Below, piece after piece: positions 53,726 to 64,000 of a stretch of DNA of 64,000 nt. The translations under genes and the position numbers were made by a program. This stretch comes from Azolla caroliniana (lineage: Eukaryota > Plantae > Polypodiophyta). The notes under the pieces are model-generated. The model had not been told where the DNA came from. It worked only from the letters and a program-made list of their open reading frames with translations, and ran no database searches. The stretch is taken from contig JBHGNT010000005.1 of assembly GCA_043228905.1 (NCBI GenBank), forward strand, positions 23,994,001 through 24,058,000, written 5' to 3'. How positions within the stretch are numbered: the stretch's first letter is position 1; the number at the start of each line of letters is the position of its first letter.

Positions 53726-54308
53726 TGTTAAGCCCTTGGATAGCACCACGACCAATCGTGAAGAAGAGCGCATCAACAAGGACACAGTATGGCTAAAGGA
53801 CCTACGAAGAGGGAATGACAAGAGGAAAGAGGGCTAAAGGACATCAGAGTGTGAAATGTCCATACCCTAAATGTAAATACTATATAAACCACATGGTGGT
53901 GGCTTTGTAAGGGTTCTCCCATTTGTAAAGATCTCCTAAGTGATTAAGAGCTAGAAGCTTCCTCTCCTCTTTCTTGTAACCTTTAAGCTTAAGAGAGATT
54001 AGTGAAGTGTTTAGTTAGAGATCATTAATCTTTCTCTTTTGTTGGTGCTAGACCTCTTAGCAAAGAGGGTTAATAAATATATTCATTAATCTTGTTGTCT
54101 ACATTCATTACCCCATTGTTTATGAGAGTGAGCTTGAGAGAGTGAGAGAGATATTGTGCCTAATCATTTACAAATCGTTAAGTGAGTGTGAGGCTCGGAG
54201 GTATCCGACAACTACCTCCGCTCGATTCGCCATCAAAAGGGTATACGCCGGTTCGAATCCCGCAACGACATCGAGGAGCTTACTCCATCGATATATAGAT
54301 CCTTAACA
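53726..54308 (+). mobile_element. Solo LTR (583 bp)
   Basis: Termini TGTTAAG..CTTAACA. TSD CATAA at 53721-25 and 54309-13. TATATAAA at ~53881. Confidence 0.85.
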
Positions 54309-54483
54309 CATAATCCAATATTCTTTTCAAGGGGAAGTCTTCCTCATAGGAGGTTTCAATGCGAGAACCCAATCCCCATAGTGCACAATATTTCAGATAG
54401 ATAAAAACCTAGAAATGGTGAGTGTCGATCCCTTAGCCATAGACATCACAGGTAGATAAAAAAGCCAAGGTGTGGATGCTATT

Positions 54484-54985
54484 TAGGGGCCCGGTTTCAA
54501 CTCAAACCGAACCGTTAAGAGATGGTTCAATAGTTTATTGGTTCCAAACAAATTTAATGGTTTGGTTTGTTTTGGATTTTTAATAAACGGTTTGATTTAA
54601 TTTCGGTTTGGTTCTAAAACTCGGGTTTATCACTTTATAGGTTTAAAGGTTTATTGGTTTTTGGTTAACTTTCCCTCCCCATGTTACCCCATGCCCTAAT
54701 GATGCTGATAATAACTTCTTATACTTTGAGCTAAAATGCGATATCTCTAATGCCACCAACACTAGTCCACCAAGCCATCACACCAAAATACATTTCACAC
54801 ATGAGCTCTCTAACATCCACTCCCGACATGTTCAAGCCCATGGTGTTGATCATAGCTTCTTATACTTTGACCTAAAATGCGATATCTCCAATGCCACCAA
54901 CTCTAGTCAACCAAGCCATCACACCACAATACATTTTACACATGAGCTCTCTAACATCTACTCCCGACATGTTCAAGACCATCTC
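54484..54985. mobile_element. Possible hAT-like terminal fragment plus a ~140-bp tandem duplication
   Basis: TAGGGG start followed by many AAACCG/CGGTTT/GGTTT motifs. Duplicated CTTCTTATACTTTGA..GACATGTTCAAG at ~54715 and ~54856. Confidence 0.45.
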
Positions 54986-55256
54986 TCCTCTCTTGATTCT
55001 TCCTTGTTTTTAGAGAACCTTACTACACAACTCACACATCCTTCATTCCTTTCCACATACTAAATACTCCAATCAAGGTAGACTCAGTAGGATCCACAAA
55101 GTAGATGGTATGATGAGGATTGTAGAGACTTATATAGACAACTTAAAATATCGCAACTTAGTGGTACTATTACCTCAATACAAGCTCCCAAAGAAATGCG
55201 TAAGATGACACGTCGTAAGAGATGAGCATGGGAGGCATCTCAATATTGGGAGCTCT

Positions 55257-58200
55257 TGTTGTAAACACCGCCATCTAATGCGGAACTTAGTTGACCCTCT
55301 CTATTTGAAGATCATAAGATTATGTTCAAACTAGAAAGAGCAATGGCAACATGAGCCGAAAAACAAGATGCAACAAGTATGCAACAGAGAGTTAGAGACA
55401 GGTAGGCACAATGTTGATGAAGTTTATTTCAACCTTTACAAAATGAGCAACCACATGTAACTAGGTTACAAAGTCAATTTATATATACTGACTAACTTAG
55501 GGCAACTACCCTTCTCACTATTTACATAAGTAGCCTAAGTCTAGTGTGTTCAAAAGGAGACAGTGTGAATACGTCCATTAGAAACCCGTATTCAACACTC
55601 CCCTGTAATGGGCGTATACATCCGAAATCTGTAATCGAAATGAGTATATAATACAGATTGATACAAAGTTCCGAACATCCGAAGTCTGGTGTCCAAAGAC
55701 CATCCCGAGTGTCCGATTTAAGCGAACTGATTCTTCATTACGCCCATGTGTTGCCTAAGGGATCGATATCGATCCGCCAAAAGACACTTGGTTAATGCGT
55801 CTGCGACATTATTAGTTGTCGATATTTCCTCTAGACCGATTTTCCCTGTAATGACGCAATCCCGAACGAAATGATATCGAATGTCGATATGCTTTGAGGC
55901 GTTGTGATGAACCGGATTTTTTGACAGAGCAACAACACCTTGATTGTCATTGTAAACAATTGGAGTCGAGCCGATTTCGGCTTGTCGAAATGTGCAGGCC
56001 AGCCGACCGAGTCATAAGGCCTCTTTTGTCGCACAAGACGCGGCTACATATTCGGCCTCGGTCGTTGATGTGGCGGTGCACTCCTAAAGTTTTGATTTCC
56101 AGGAGATCGCTCCATTGCCGAGTTTAAAACAATATCCAGTTGTCGATTTACGACTGTCTATGCAACCTACAAAGTCCGAGTCGGTGTATCCAACTACGAG
56201 TTCGGTTAATTCGCCAGCATGGCGTCCAGAGATTAGCATGTCGTCTACGTAGATGATGAGGAAGATGGGTGACCCATCTCGAGATGTTTTCGTGAAGAGA
56301 CAGTGGTCCTCACCGCTCTTTGAGAAGCCGATCGATTGGATGAAGTCGTTGAACTTCTTGTACCACTATCGTGGTGCCTGTTTCAGGCCGTAAAGACTCT
56401 TCCTGAGTCGGCAGACTATATGTTCTTCGTCGGATGCCACAGCCTTTCGGCTGCTCCATATAAATTTCCTCCTGAAGATCACCATGGAGGAAAGCCATTT
56501 TGACATCTAGTTGAATCAGCTCCAAATTTTCGATTGCCACTACGCTGAGCATGAATCGAAGGGTTTTCATCTTCACCATGGGTGAAAAGATTTCGTTGAA
56601 ATCGACACCGTGCTCCTGTCGAAAACCCTTTGCTACTAATCTAGCTTTGAATTTTAGGTTAGCCGAATCAAACGTCTCATTAATTCGATAGACCCACTTG
56701 CACGGAAGAGCACGTCGATTTTTTGGTAATTCGACCAAGTACCAAGTCTTGTTTGCGTGAATGGAGTTCATTTCGGACTCCATTGCTAGATGCCAGGTGG
56801 CCGAATCGGCTGATGCCGATGCTTCTTCATATGAGGTTGGTTCTCCGGCATTCGTAAAGAAGATGCCAAGAGAGTATCTCTCCGGGGGTTGCGACAATCT
56901 CTCGGATCTTCGAGGTATGACTGAACTAGTCGCATCGGGTGTCGTGGTCAGATGGTCCAAAGTAGAATCATTCGGCTGTGCCGAGTCGGTGTTAGAAGGT
57001 TCAACTACCCATGAAGCTGACCGTGTGTTGTGCGTTGGGCCTTCATGAAGGGTTGGCACATCGGAAAAATTTACCCTTCAGACTTCGATCAGTTTTTCGA
57101 CCGATTGATGCATGGCCGACTCATTGAACACGACGTCCGAACTTCGGACGATCTGTCTATGTTCGGGGTCTGAGAGTCGGTATCCCATTTCGCCATCTGT
57201 TCCATAACCGAGGAAAATACATTTCCTAGACCTTGGTGCAAGTTTGTGGCGATCATCTTTCGGGATGAGGGTGCACGCCTCGCATCTGAAAATCCTCAGC
57301 TTGTCGTAATTCGGCTTACTGCCGGTCCATAGTTCTTGAGGAATCCGAAGTCCTAGAGGCCTACTCGACGACATATTGATTATGTGTACTGTCGTAAGTA
57401 GGGCCTCTACCCAAAAGCCATCCGACAGTCCGGAGTGTTGGAGCATGGAAACTATCCTTTCTTGAATTGTCTAATTCATTCGCTCGGCAATTCCATTCTA
57501 CGCCGGACTATGAGGTGCCGTAAATTCACGTCGTATGTCGCATTGTCGGCAAAATTTGACGAATTCCTTTGAATTGAACTCTCCCCCGTTATCTGACCGA
57601 AAGCTTTTCAATTTTTGGCTGGACTAATTCTCAATCATGGCGAGCCAATCGGAAAAGATCGAGAAAACACGATCTTTGGTTTTGATCGGATAAGCCCACA
57701 CCTTCCGCGTCGAGTCATCAATGAAGTTGACAAAATACAAAGCATCGCCGAGAGATTGATGTGGCATAGGACCACATACGTTCGAGTGGACCAAATCGAG
57801 CGGACTCGATTCTCTCGGGGCAGATGAGGGGTGTGTTACGGCTATTTGCTTGCCGTATTGGCAATGCTCGCATAACTGATGATCTGAGAAGGAGAGTTTG
57901 GGGATGTATCCGGCTCTAGATAAGTGCGTGATGTCAGTCTTGCTGAGGTGTCTGAGTCGTCCGTGCCAGACTGATGACACAAAAATGTCAACCAAAAACA
58001 GGTCACCCTCTCTGAGTGTGATGTGCAAAGGATACAATGAGTGTATCTTCGGTCCTTGAGCAAGCAGGAGGTTCCCTCTTTGGAGCGTCCACCCTCTTGA
58101 TGAGAAGTCGACACGGATATCGTCCTCATCCAATTGTCCGACTGAGATCAGTGGTCTTGAGAGCTCAAGTACATGTCGAACATTGCGTAGTACTAATGTA

Positions 58201-60159
58201 GAGCCACCCACGAGGTTGAGCTCTATTGTGCCGATTCCAATTATGTTGCAGTGTTGTGAATTTCCTACTCGAACTGAGTCGGAATGTCGGGCCGTGTATT
58301 GCCGAAATTGGGATCAATGGGGAGTCACATGAAAGGACGCACCTGAATCTAAGAGTCACGTACTTGATTCTTCAGTCGTAAGCAGAACTTCTTATTCGAC
58401 TGGGTTCTTAATTGATAGTATATTCGGTTCGTTTGTCAATACTTCAGTCGAAGAGCCGATGTAGTTGATTTCCTTGTATCGGCCACTCTTCTACTTGGCT
58501 TGTTGAGCCTTATCGTTTTTGGCCTTGAGTACACGGCAATCGGCTTTGATGTGTCCGGGTTTCTTGCAATAGTTGCATACTTGATTATCTCGGGACTTGC
58601 TCTGACTTCGATGATTGTTCAGCTGCCGTGAGGAACTTCTTTCATGGTTGTTTGATCGGTCGATCGAACCTTGTACTATGTAAGCATTGTTGGCTGAATC
58701 GTTAGCAAACGATTTTCTCCGAGCTGCTTCAGAATTCCACTCGTGACTGAGGAGTACTTAACGGCAACTATTGACGCATTGCACATGGTGGTAACGAAAG
58801 TTTCCCACAAGGGCGGGAGACTACTCATGAGCAACATTGCTTTTAGTTCATCCTCGATAATTGTCCCCTGGGCCGAAATTTGGGAGCTTAAGCTTTCGTA
58901 CTTGTTCAGGTGTGCCTAGACCAAGTCAGACTCTTTCATCTGAAGGTTATAAAGGCACCAGATCAGGTATATCTTGGTGGCGGTGACCTTCTTTTCGTAA
59001 GTGTCCGAAAGTGTTTTCCATAGTTGGAAGGCAGTCGAACACGATTGCACCGTGAAGTACATAGACTCCAATAGGTGCATTTGAATGGTGGCTCGAACGA
59101 TTTTGTTGAGCTTTTCCCATTCTAGCGACTTGTATCCTTCTAGAGGATCGTCATTCTCAATGGGGTCAACCTGCCCCTTGACTATTAGATAGTCTTGCAT
59201 CTGCTCCTTCCAAAAGTTGAAGTTCGATCCATCGAACTTCCGTAGACTCATCTCTGACGAGCCGGATGTTGAAGCCATCTGTGTTGGTATAATAGACTTT
59301 GTCCAAAGTTAGCTACGAACTGTGATGGAGTGCAACAGCTTGGCTCACTTGATGCCGTTCTAACCGAAGTCGAACACAAGTCATGTTGATTACGAATATT
59401 AATGAATCCTGTTTGGAGTGACTATTGTCAACTAACTTAGTCGAGTTGAACCCGGATTTGATTATTCGATTTTTCTGAAATTTCTCAACATGGATTATAT
59501 GCAATACTCCAAACCGATCCTGTTTCGGTTAACTGCAGTGATGAGAGGGATGGATCCGACTAATCCTCCCAAATGTCATTCAGTCGAATGAAACACAGAT
59601 TGGAGTTGCCCCTGGAGTCGTGTTTGCTTTAGGTGACTACGGCGAGTAGGAGAAAAGCATGGATTTCTGCCTAGCCGAGTGAAGCAACGATTTGGCCTAG
59701 TCAAGATTGAAGTCTCACTCCAAGCGGCTACGATCACATAACCAAGAGTGACCTAGAACAATAGAGTGCAAACTTCATCACATTTCTCTTTGCGTAAACA
59801 ATCTTGTTGTAGGTTGCCTATCGAGACTAGCTAAGATCTTCAAGATACACAAATGAGAGTTGTCGATGGAGACCAGATAGAAGGTGGCAATAGAATCAAA
59901 TAGAAGACCAAGCTCTGATACCAAATGTTGGAAACATCTCCATCTAATGCGGAACTTAGTCGACCCTCTCTATTTGAAGATCATAAGATTATGTTCAAAC
60001 TAGAAAGATCAATGGCAACATGAGCCGAAAAACAAGATGCAACAAGTACGCAATAGAGAGTTAGAGACAGGTAGGCACAATGTTGACGAAGTTTATTTCA
60101 ACCTTTACAAAAAGCAACCACGCGTAACTAGGTTACAAAGTTAGTTTATATATACCGAC
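55257..60159 (-). mobile_element. Older degenerate Ty1/copia (Tnt1/Tork-like); its 5' LTR is split by the gypsy insertion
   Basis: 3' LTR 55257-55597 with adjacent PPT (CTCCCCT on plus). PBS (GCTCTGATACCA on plus) at 59912-59923. 5' LTR part 59926-60159 is about 5-6% diverged by eye, mostly transitions. Broken gag (FDGSNFNFWKEQM), integrase and RT (QLDVKMAFLHG). Confidence 0.9.
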
Positions 60160-60319
60160 TGTCATGAAGACATACATCTTGGCTTATCATGACATTCATC
60201 TTGGCGAACCAGGAATCGAACCCATAACCTCTTGGTTTACATATTGTACTTTAACCATTGTAATAACATATGTGAGATGTAATCATAATAATTATATGTT
60301 TAGTTATTACGAGATATTT

Positions 60320-60444
60320 AGAACATTCTAGATTATTCTAGAATGTTCTTGAATATTTCATGATTATATTTATTATTATTATTATTCATAAATATCTAAA
60401 ATATTCTAGAACATTCTAGAATACTCCATAAGGGCCTATAAATA
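60320..60444 (+). promoter_or_regulatory. Two heat-shock elements and a TATA box in the LTR U3
   Basis: 60320-60354 aGAAcaTTCtaGAttaTTCtaGAAtgTTCttGAAt. 60403-60422 aTTCtaGAAcaTTCtaGAAt. TATAAATA at 60437. Confidence 0.8.
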
Positions 60445-60708
60445 AGAGTCCATACACTCATCACAACTCATTCGGTTCAACACCAGTCTTTAGCCCTTAG
60501 CCTACTCCTTGTAATCTTCTTTCTCATAATATAATCGCATTCCCATTTCTTATCTCTCACTTATACTTTTCTCTCTCTCGCACTCTCTCCCTCTTTCACT
60601 CTCTTTCTATCACTATCGCTATCTCTACCGCTCTCGCCATCTCTATCGTTATCGTTATCTCTATCGCCATCGCTCTCTCTCTGCTTCCTACTCAAGAGTC
60701 ACGACAGT

Positions 60709-60719
60709 TTGAACCGAAT
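60709..60719 (+). other. Self-priming primer-binding site
   Basis: TTGAACCGAAT, 2 nt after the LTR end, is the exact reverse complement of ATTCGGTTCAA at 60470-60480, the predicted transcript start 33 nt after the TATA start. There is no TGG-type tRNA PBS. Confidence 0.8.
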
Positions 60720-60791
60720 ATTTCTTTTCCCTTTCTCCAATAACCCTAGCAAGCTTTCTTCTTTATCCTTCTTTCTTTTTCCCCCGCGGTT

Positions 60792-61919
60792 ATGGAGTCG
60801 GTCAGCAAGCAAGAGTATATGCGTGTCCTTTCGGAGCTCGATATGCTCACCACTAAGTTTGTGGCATTAGAGCAAGAAAATCAAAGGCTACTCGGGGATC
60901 TTCAACAAGTCAGTACTGAGAAAGCTCATCAATATGAGGAGTTATCACAACGGGTTCATCAACTTGAGGCTACTATATTAGCATTACGAGAACAAGCGGC
61001 GGGGGTTCAAAACTCCCCAAGGGAACCAAAGATTAGCCTCCCTGCCAAGTTTGATGGTACCAGATCTCTCTTTCGAGGTTTCCTGAATCAAGTTCGTTTG
61101 GTGATTCAGTTACATCCCAATCGGTATCCAACTGATGCTGCCCGTGTGGGATTAATAGGAACCTTGCTAAGCGGTACAACGTTAGCATGGTTTGCACCAC
61201 TTCTTGAGAAGAAATCACCATTATTGGAGGATTTCGAGGCATTCGTTAAGGAGTTTCAAGCTAGTTTTGGAGATACGGATAGCACTAGGACTGCAATAAA
61301 CAAGATTCGAAGACTCCGACAAGGAGATCGTCCCGCTTCAGCTTATGCCGCAGATTTCCGTCTCTTGGCATGCGACATCCCTTGGGATGAGGCAGCCTTA
61401 ATGGATCAATTCCGTCAGGGTTTGCGTAACGATGTCAAAGATCTTCTTCTTACTTTCCATGAAGATCCAAAGTCTCTTACTGAAGCTATTAGCCGAGCTG
61501 TGCGATGTGATAATCGCCTATTTGAGCGACGTTCTGAACGTCAACAAATGTTACGCCGCCAACCGGAACAGACATACGCTTCTATAGTCGCCACACCGCC
61601 ACAAGGTTCTAGACCCGTTACGAGGGATGGTCCCACTCCGATGGAAATAGAGTCGACACAACGTCGCGGGCCCTTATCAGATGCTGAGAAACAACGACGT
61701 CGGGCGCATCGCCTATGCCTCTACTGTGGTGGTCCAGGACATATAGCTGTGAATTGTCCACATAAACCCAGGCGTCAAGTTTACCAAGTAAGTGCACATG
61801 ACAACCCTACATCAAGTTCTACTATCACTTCTAATAACTTAAGTACTAAGCCTACTAGCCCATGCCATGAGAATAGATTTGATGTCTTGAGCCAATTAGA
61901 GGATGTGTTAAACGAATAA
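60792..61919 (+). CDS. Ty3/gypsy Gag (coiled coil, capsid, CCHC), 375 aa
   Basis: PAKFDG, LLSGTTLAW, LRQG..YAADF, FRQGL, GPTPMEI and CLYCGGPGHIAVNC. Confidence 0.92.
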   Translation: MESVSKQEYMRVLSELDMLTTKFVALEQENQRLLGDLQQVSTEKAHQYEELSQRVHQLEATILALREQAAGVQNSPREPKISLPAKFDGTRSLFRGFLNQVRLVIQLHPNRYPTDAARVGLIGTLLSGTTLAWFAPLLEKKSPLLEDFEAFVKEFQASFGDTDSTRTAINKIRRLRQGDRPASAYAADFRLLACDIPWDEAALMDQFRQGLRNDVKDLLLTFHEDPKSLTEAISRAVRCDNRLFERRSERQQMLRRQPEQTYASIVATPPQGSRPVTRDGPTPMEIESTQRRGPLSDAEKQRRRAHRLCLYCGGPGHIAVNCPHKPRRQVYQVSAHDNPTSSSTITSNNLSTKPTSPCHENRFDVLSQLEDVLNE

Positions 61920-61990
61920 GTCCGGCCAAAATAGGAGCCATTTGGTTGGACCATCCTAGTTATGTAGAGTCAGTACCTAGTTGTGGTTCC
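61907..61990 (+). other. Predicted -1 ribosomal frameshift signal: G TTA AAC followed by an H-type pseudoknot
   Basis: Heptamer 61907-13, then a 6-nt spacer. Stem 1 GTCCGGCCAAA (61920-30) / TTTGGTTGGAC (61941-51). Stem 2 GGAGCCA (61934-40) / TGGTTCC (61984-90). Confidence 0.7.
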
Positions 61991-64000
61991 ATTTCATCAA
62001 ATCAAGTTAGTAGAGTTTTTTCTGCACAAGTCGAGCTTAGCACATCTACAGGTCATCGCGCCCTAGCCTCTGCCCTCCTAGATTCCGGAGCCAATTCTTG
62101 TTTCATGGATCGCGAGTTTGCATTGACTCAAAACATCATCTTGAAAAAACTCCCAAACCCAGTAGCTGTAGGAGTCATCGATGGTCGCCCTATAGCATCA
62201 GGAGATATAGTCGAAGAGTCTGAACCAATTCGTGTAGTCCTAGGTAATTTGGCTAGTGTCATCTCATTTAACATCATTAGTAGTCCGGAGCACTCTCTAG
62301 TTCTTGGTCTTCCTTGGTTTGAGTTACATAACCCAACCATTGATTGGAGAAAAAGAACTATTGAAGAGGTCACCGTACAATCCAAGTCTCTTGAAGCTCC
62401 AACTAAGGATCTAGGATCCCCCACAATTTCAACAATCTCTATACATCAATTACGAGAGGATGGAAGAAAGGAAGACATGATGGTATTTGCGGTTTTAGCA
62501 ACTCCCTCATCTAGCTCACAAGAATTGGGGGTCCAACTACCAAAGAAGTACATAGAATTCTCCGATGTGTTCGATAAGGTGAAGGCTAATAGACTACCAG
62601 AACATCGACCATATGATTGCCCAATTGATTTGCAGCCAGGAAAAGAGCCTCCATGGGGACCAATTTATAATCTTTCGCCCACGGAGTTAGAGGTTCTTCG
62701 AGAATATATCAATGAGAACTTGGCAAATGGTTTTATCCAACATTCAAAATCTCATGCTGGTGCACCCATCTTTTTCGTTAAGAAGAAAGATGGTACGCTT
62801 CGTATGGTCGTGGATTATCGAGGCTTGAATAAAGTGACCGTTAGAAACCGATATGCTCTCCCATTGATCTCAAGCCTTCTAGAACGCCTCAGTGAAGCAA
62901 AGTATTTCACGAAGTTAGATCTTCGAGGTGCCTACAACCTTGTTCGAATTCGTCCTGGGGATGAATGGAAGACGGCGTTCCGCACTCGCTATGGTCATTT
63001 TGAGTACACAGTGATGCCTTTTGGCCTCACGAATGCACCAGCAGTCTTCCAACATATGGCGAATGATATTTTTCGAGACTTCCTCGATATCTTCATCATT
63101 GTTTACCTGGATGATATCTTGATCTACTCAAAAACTCAAGAAGAACATGATATACATGTTCGCCAAGTTTTGCAACGGCTACGAGAGTATGGTCTCTATG
63201 CAAAATTGGAGAAGTGTAGTTTCGACCAACGTCAAGTGGAGTTTTTGGGGTACATAGTCTCTTCAAATGGCATCTCTATGGATCCATCAAAGGTTCAAAC
63301 AATTTTGGATTGGCAAACACCACAGTCCGTGCGAGATGTGCAATGTTTTTTGGGGTTCGCAAACTTTTATCGCAAGTTCATCAAAGATTATTCAAAAATT
63401 GTGTTGCCCCTCACTCAACTGACGCACAAGAATCGATCATTTGTATGGAGTATAGATGCGAACTCTGCATTTGAGGGTTTAAAGCAAGCATTTACATCCG
63501 CACCAATCTTAATCCATGTCGTTCCAATGAGGCGCTTTATACTTGAAGCTGATGCATCGGATTTCGCACTCGGAAGTGTACTATCCCAAATTGGTGATGA
63601 TGGTGAACTGCACCCGGTGGCTTTTCACTCACGAAAATTTGAAGCCGCAGAAATCAACTATGAGATTCACGACAAAGAGCTTCTTGCCATTGTGGATTCT
63701 TTTCAACAATGGCGTCATTTTCTGGAGGGTTCTTCTCAGCAGATTATTGTCTACAATGATCATAAAAATCTAACATACTTTCAAAGTGCTCGAGTCTTGA
63801 ATCGACGACAAGCTCGTTGGGCGCAGTTCTTAACTCGTTTCGATTTTGTAATTCTATATCGCCCTGGGATGCAACAAGGAAAAGCAGATGCTTTATCTAG
63901 ACGTTCGTATATGGAACTTCAACCTGGAGAGGCCGCATTTGAAAGCCAAAAGCAAATCCTCTTAGGTCCTGATCGTCTACGAATAATGGCAATGCATACC
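61913..64000 (+). CDS. Ty3/gypsy Pol (protease, RT, RNase H; 3'-partial) in the -1 frame relative to gag
   Basis: The frame opens after TGA at 61880. ALLDSGANSCFMD, LRMVVDYRGLN, KLDLRGAYNL, YLDDILIYS, EADASDFALG and HDKELLAI. I found no stop in spot checks, and the ORF track lists no terminated ORF in this frame. Confidence 0.88.

Larger units (their letters stand above)
52810..54450 (+). mobile_element. Decayed LINE APE-endonuclease region interrupted by two solo LTRs
   Basis: LDILFSVET, RGSRGVAILF, FMWVK|VLTRKDQIVFIAICYFPP and SDDI|IQYSFQGEVFLIGGFNART (GDFN motif) join once each LTR and one TSD copy are removed. Confidence 0.7.
60160..64000 (+). mobile_element. Apparently intact Ty3/gypsy retrotransposon of Tf1/sushi/Tcn1 (chromovirus-like) type; runs off the window
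   Basis: 5' LTR 60160-60706 (TGTCATGA..TCACGACA), inserted after CCGAC in the older copia LTR. PEG10/sushi-like gag and an open pol. The integrase and chromodomain are outside the window. Confidence 0.9.

Noticed and set aside
61932-61958. Alternative pseudoknot stem TAGGA/TCCTA
   Set aside because: It leaves only a 2-nt loop to cross an 11-bp stem. The GGAGCCA/TGGTTCC pairing fits better.

Overview
Eukaryotic, intron-rich, AT-rich land-plant DNA. I infer a fern or other plant with flagellated sperm from the gene content; the species cannot be established from this window. There are three apparently intact minus-strand genes, all assembled by hand. (i) A ~31-kb, >20-exon DZIP1/Iguana-like ciliary gene (4776-35871). 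(ii) A secreted GDPD5/6-type glycerophosphodiester phosphodiesterase (40029-43596). (iii) Mitochondrial inner-membrane peptidase IMP2 (45482-46700). A plus-strand dirigent-like gene is broken by one in-frame TGA (48674-49258). Much of the rest is nested transposons: RTE-type LINEs with (CTTT)n tails, a decayed Ty3/gypsy carrying an hAT-type MITE and a very young intact Ty1/copia (all in the 13.3-kb first intron of the DZIP1-like gene), solo LTRs, and an older copia. The most striking element is an apparently intact Ty3/gypsy of Tf1/sushi/Tcn1 type from 60160 to the window end. Its LTR carries two multi-unit heat-shock elements just upstream of the TATA box. It has an 11-nt self-priming PBS instead of a tRNA PBS. 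Its gag-pol junction has a predicted -1 frameshift heptamer followed by an H-type pseudoknot. All coordinates and alignments were read by eye, and no database searches were run.
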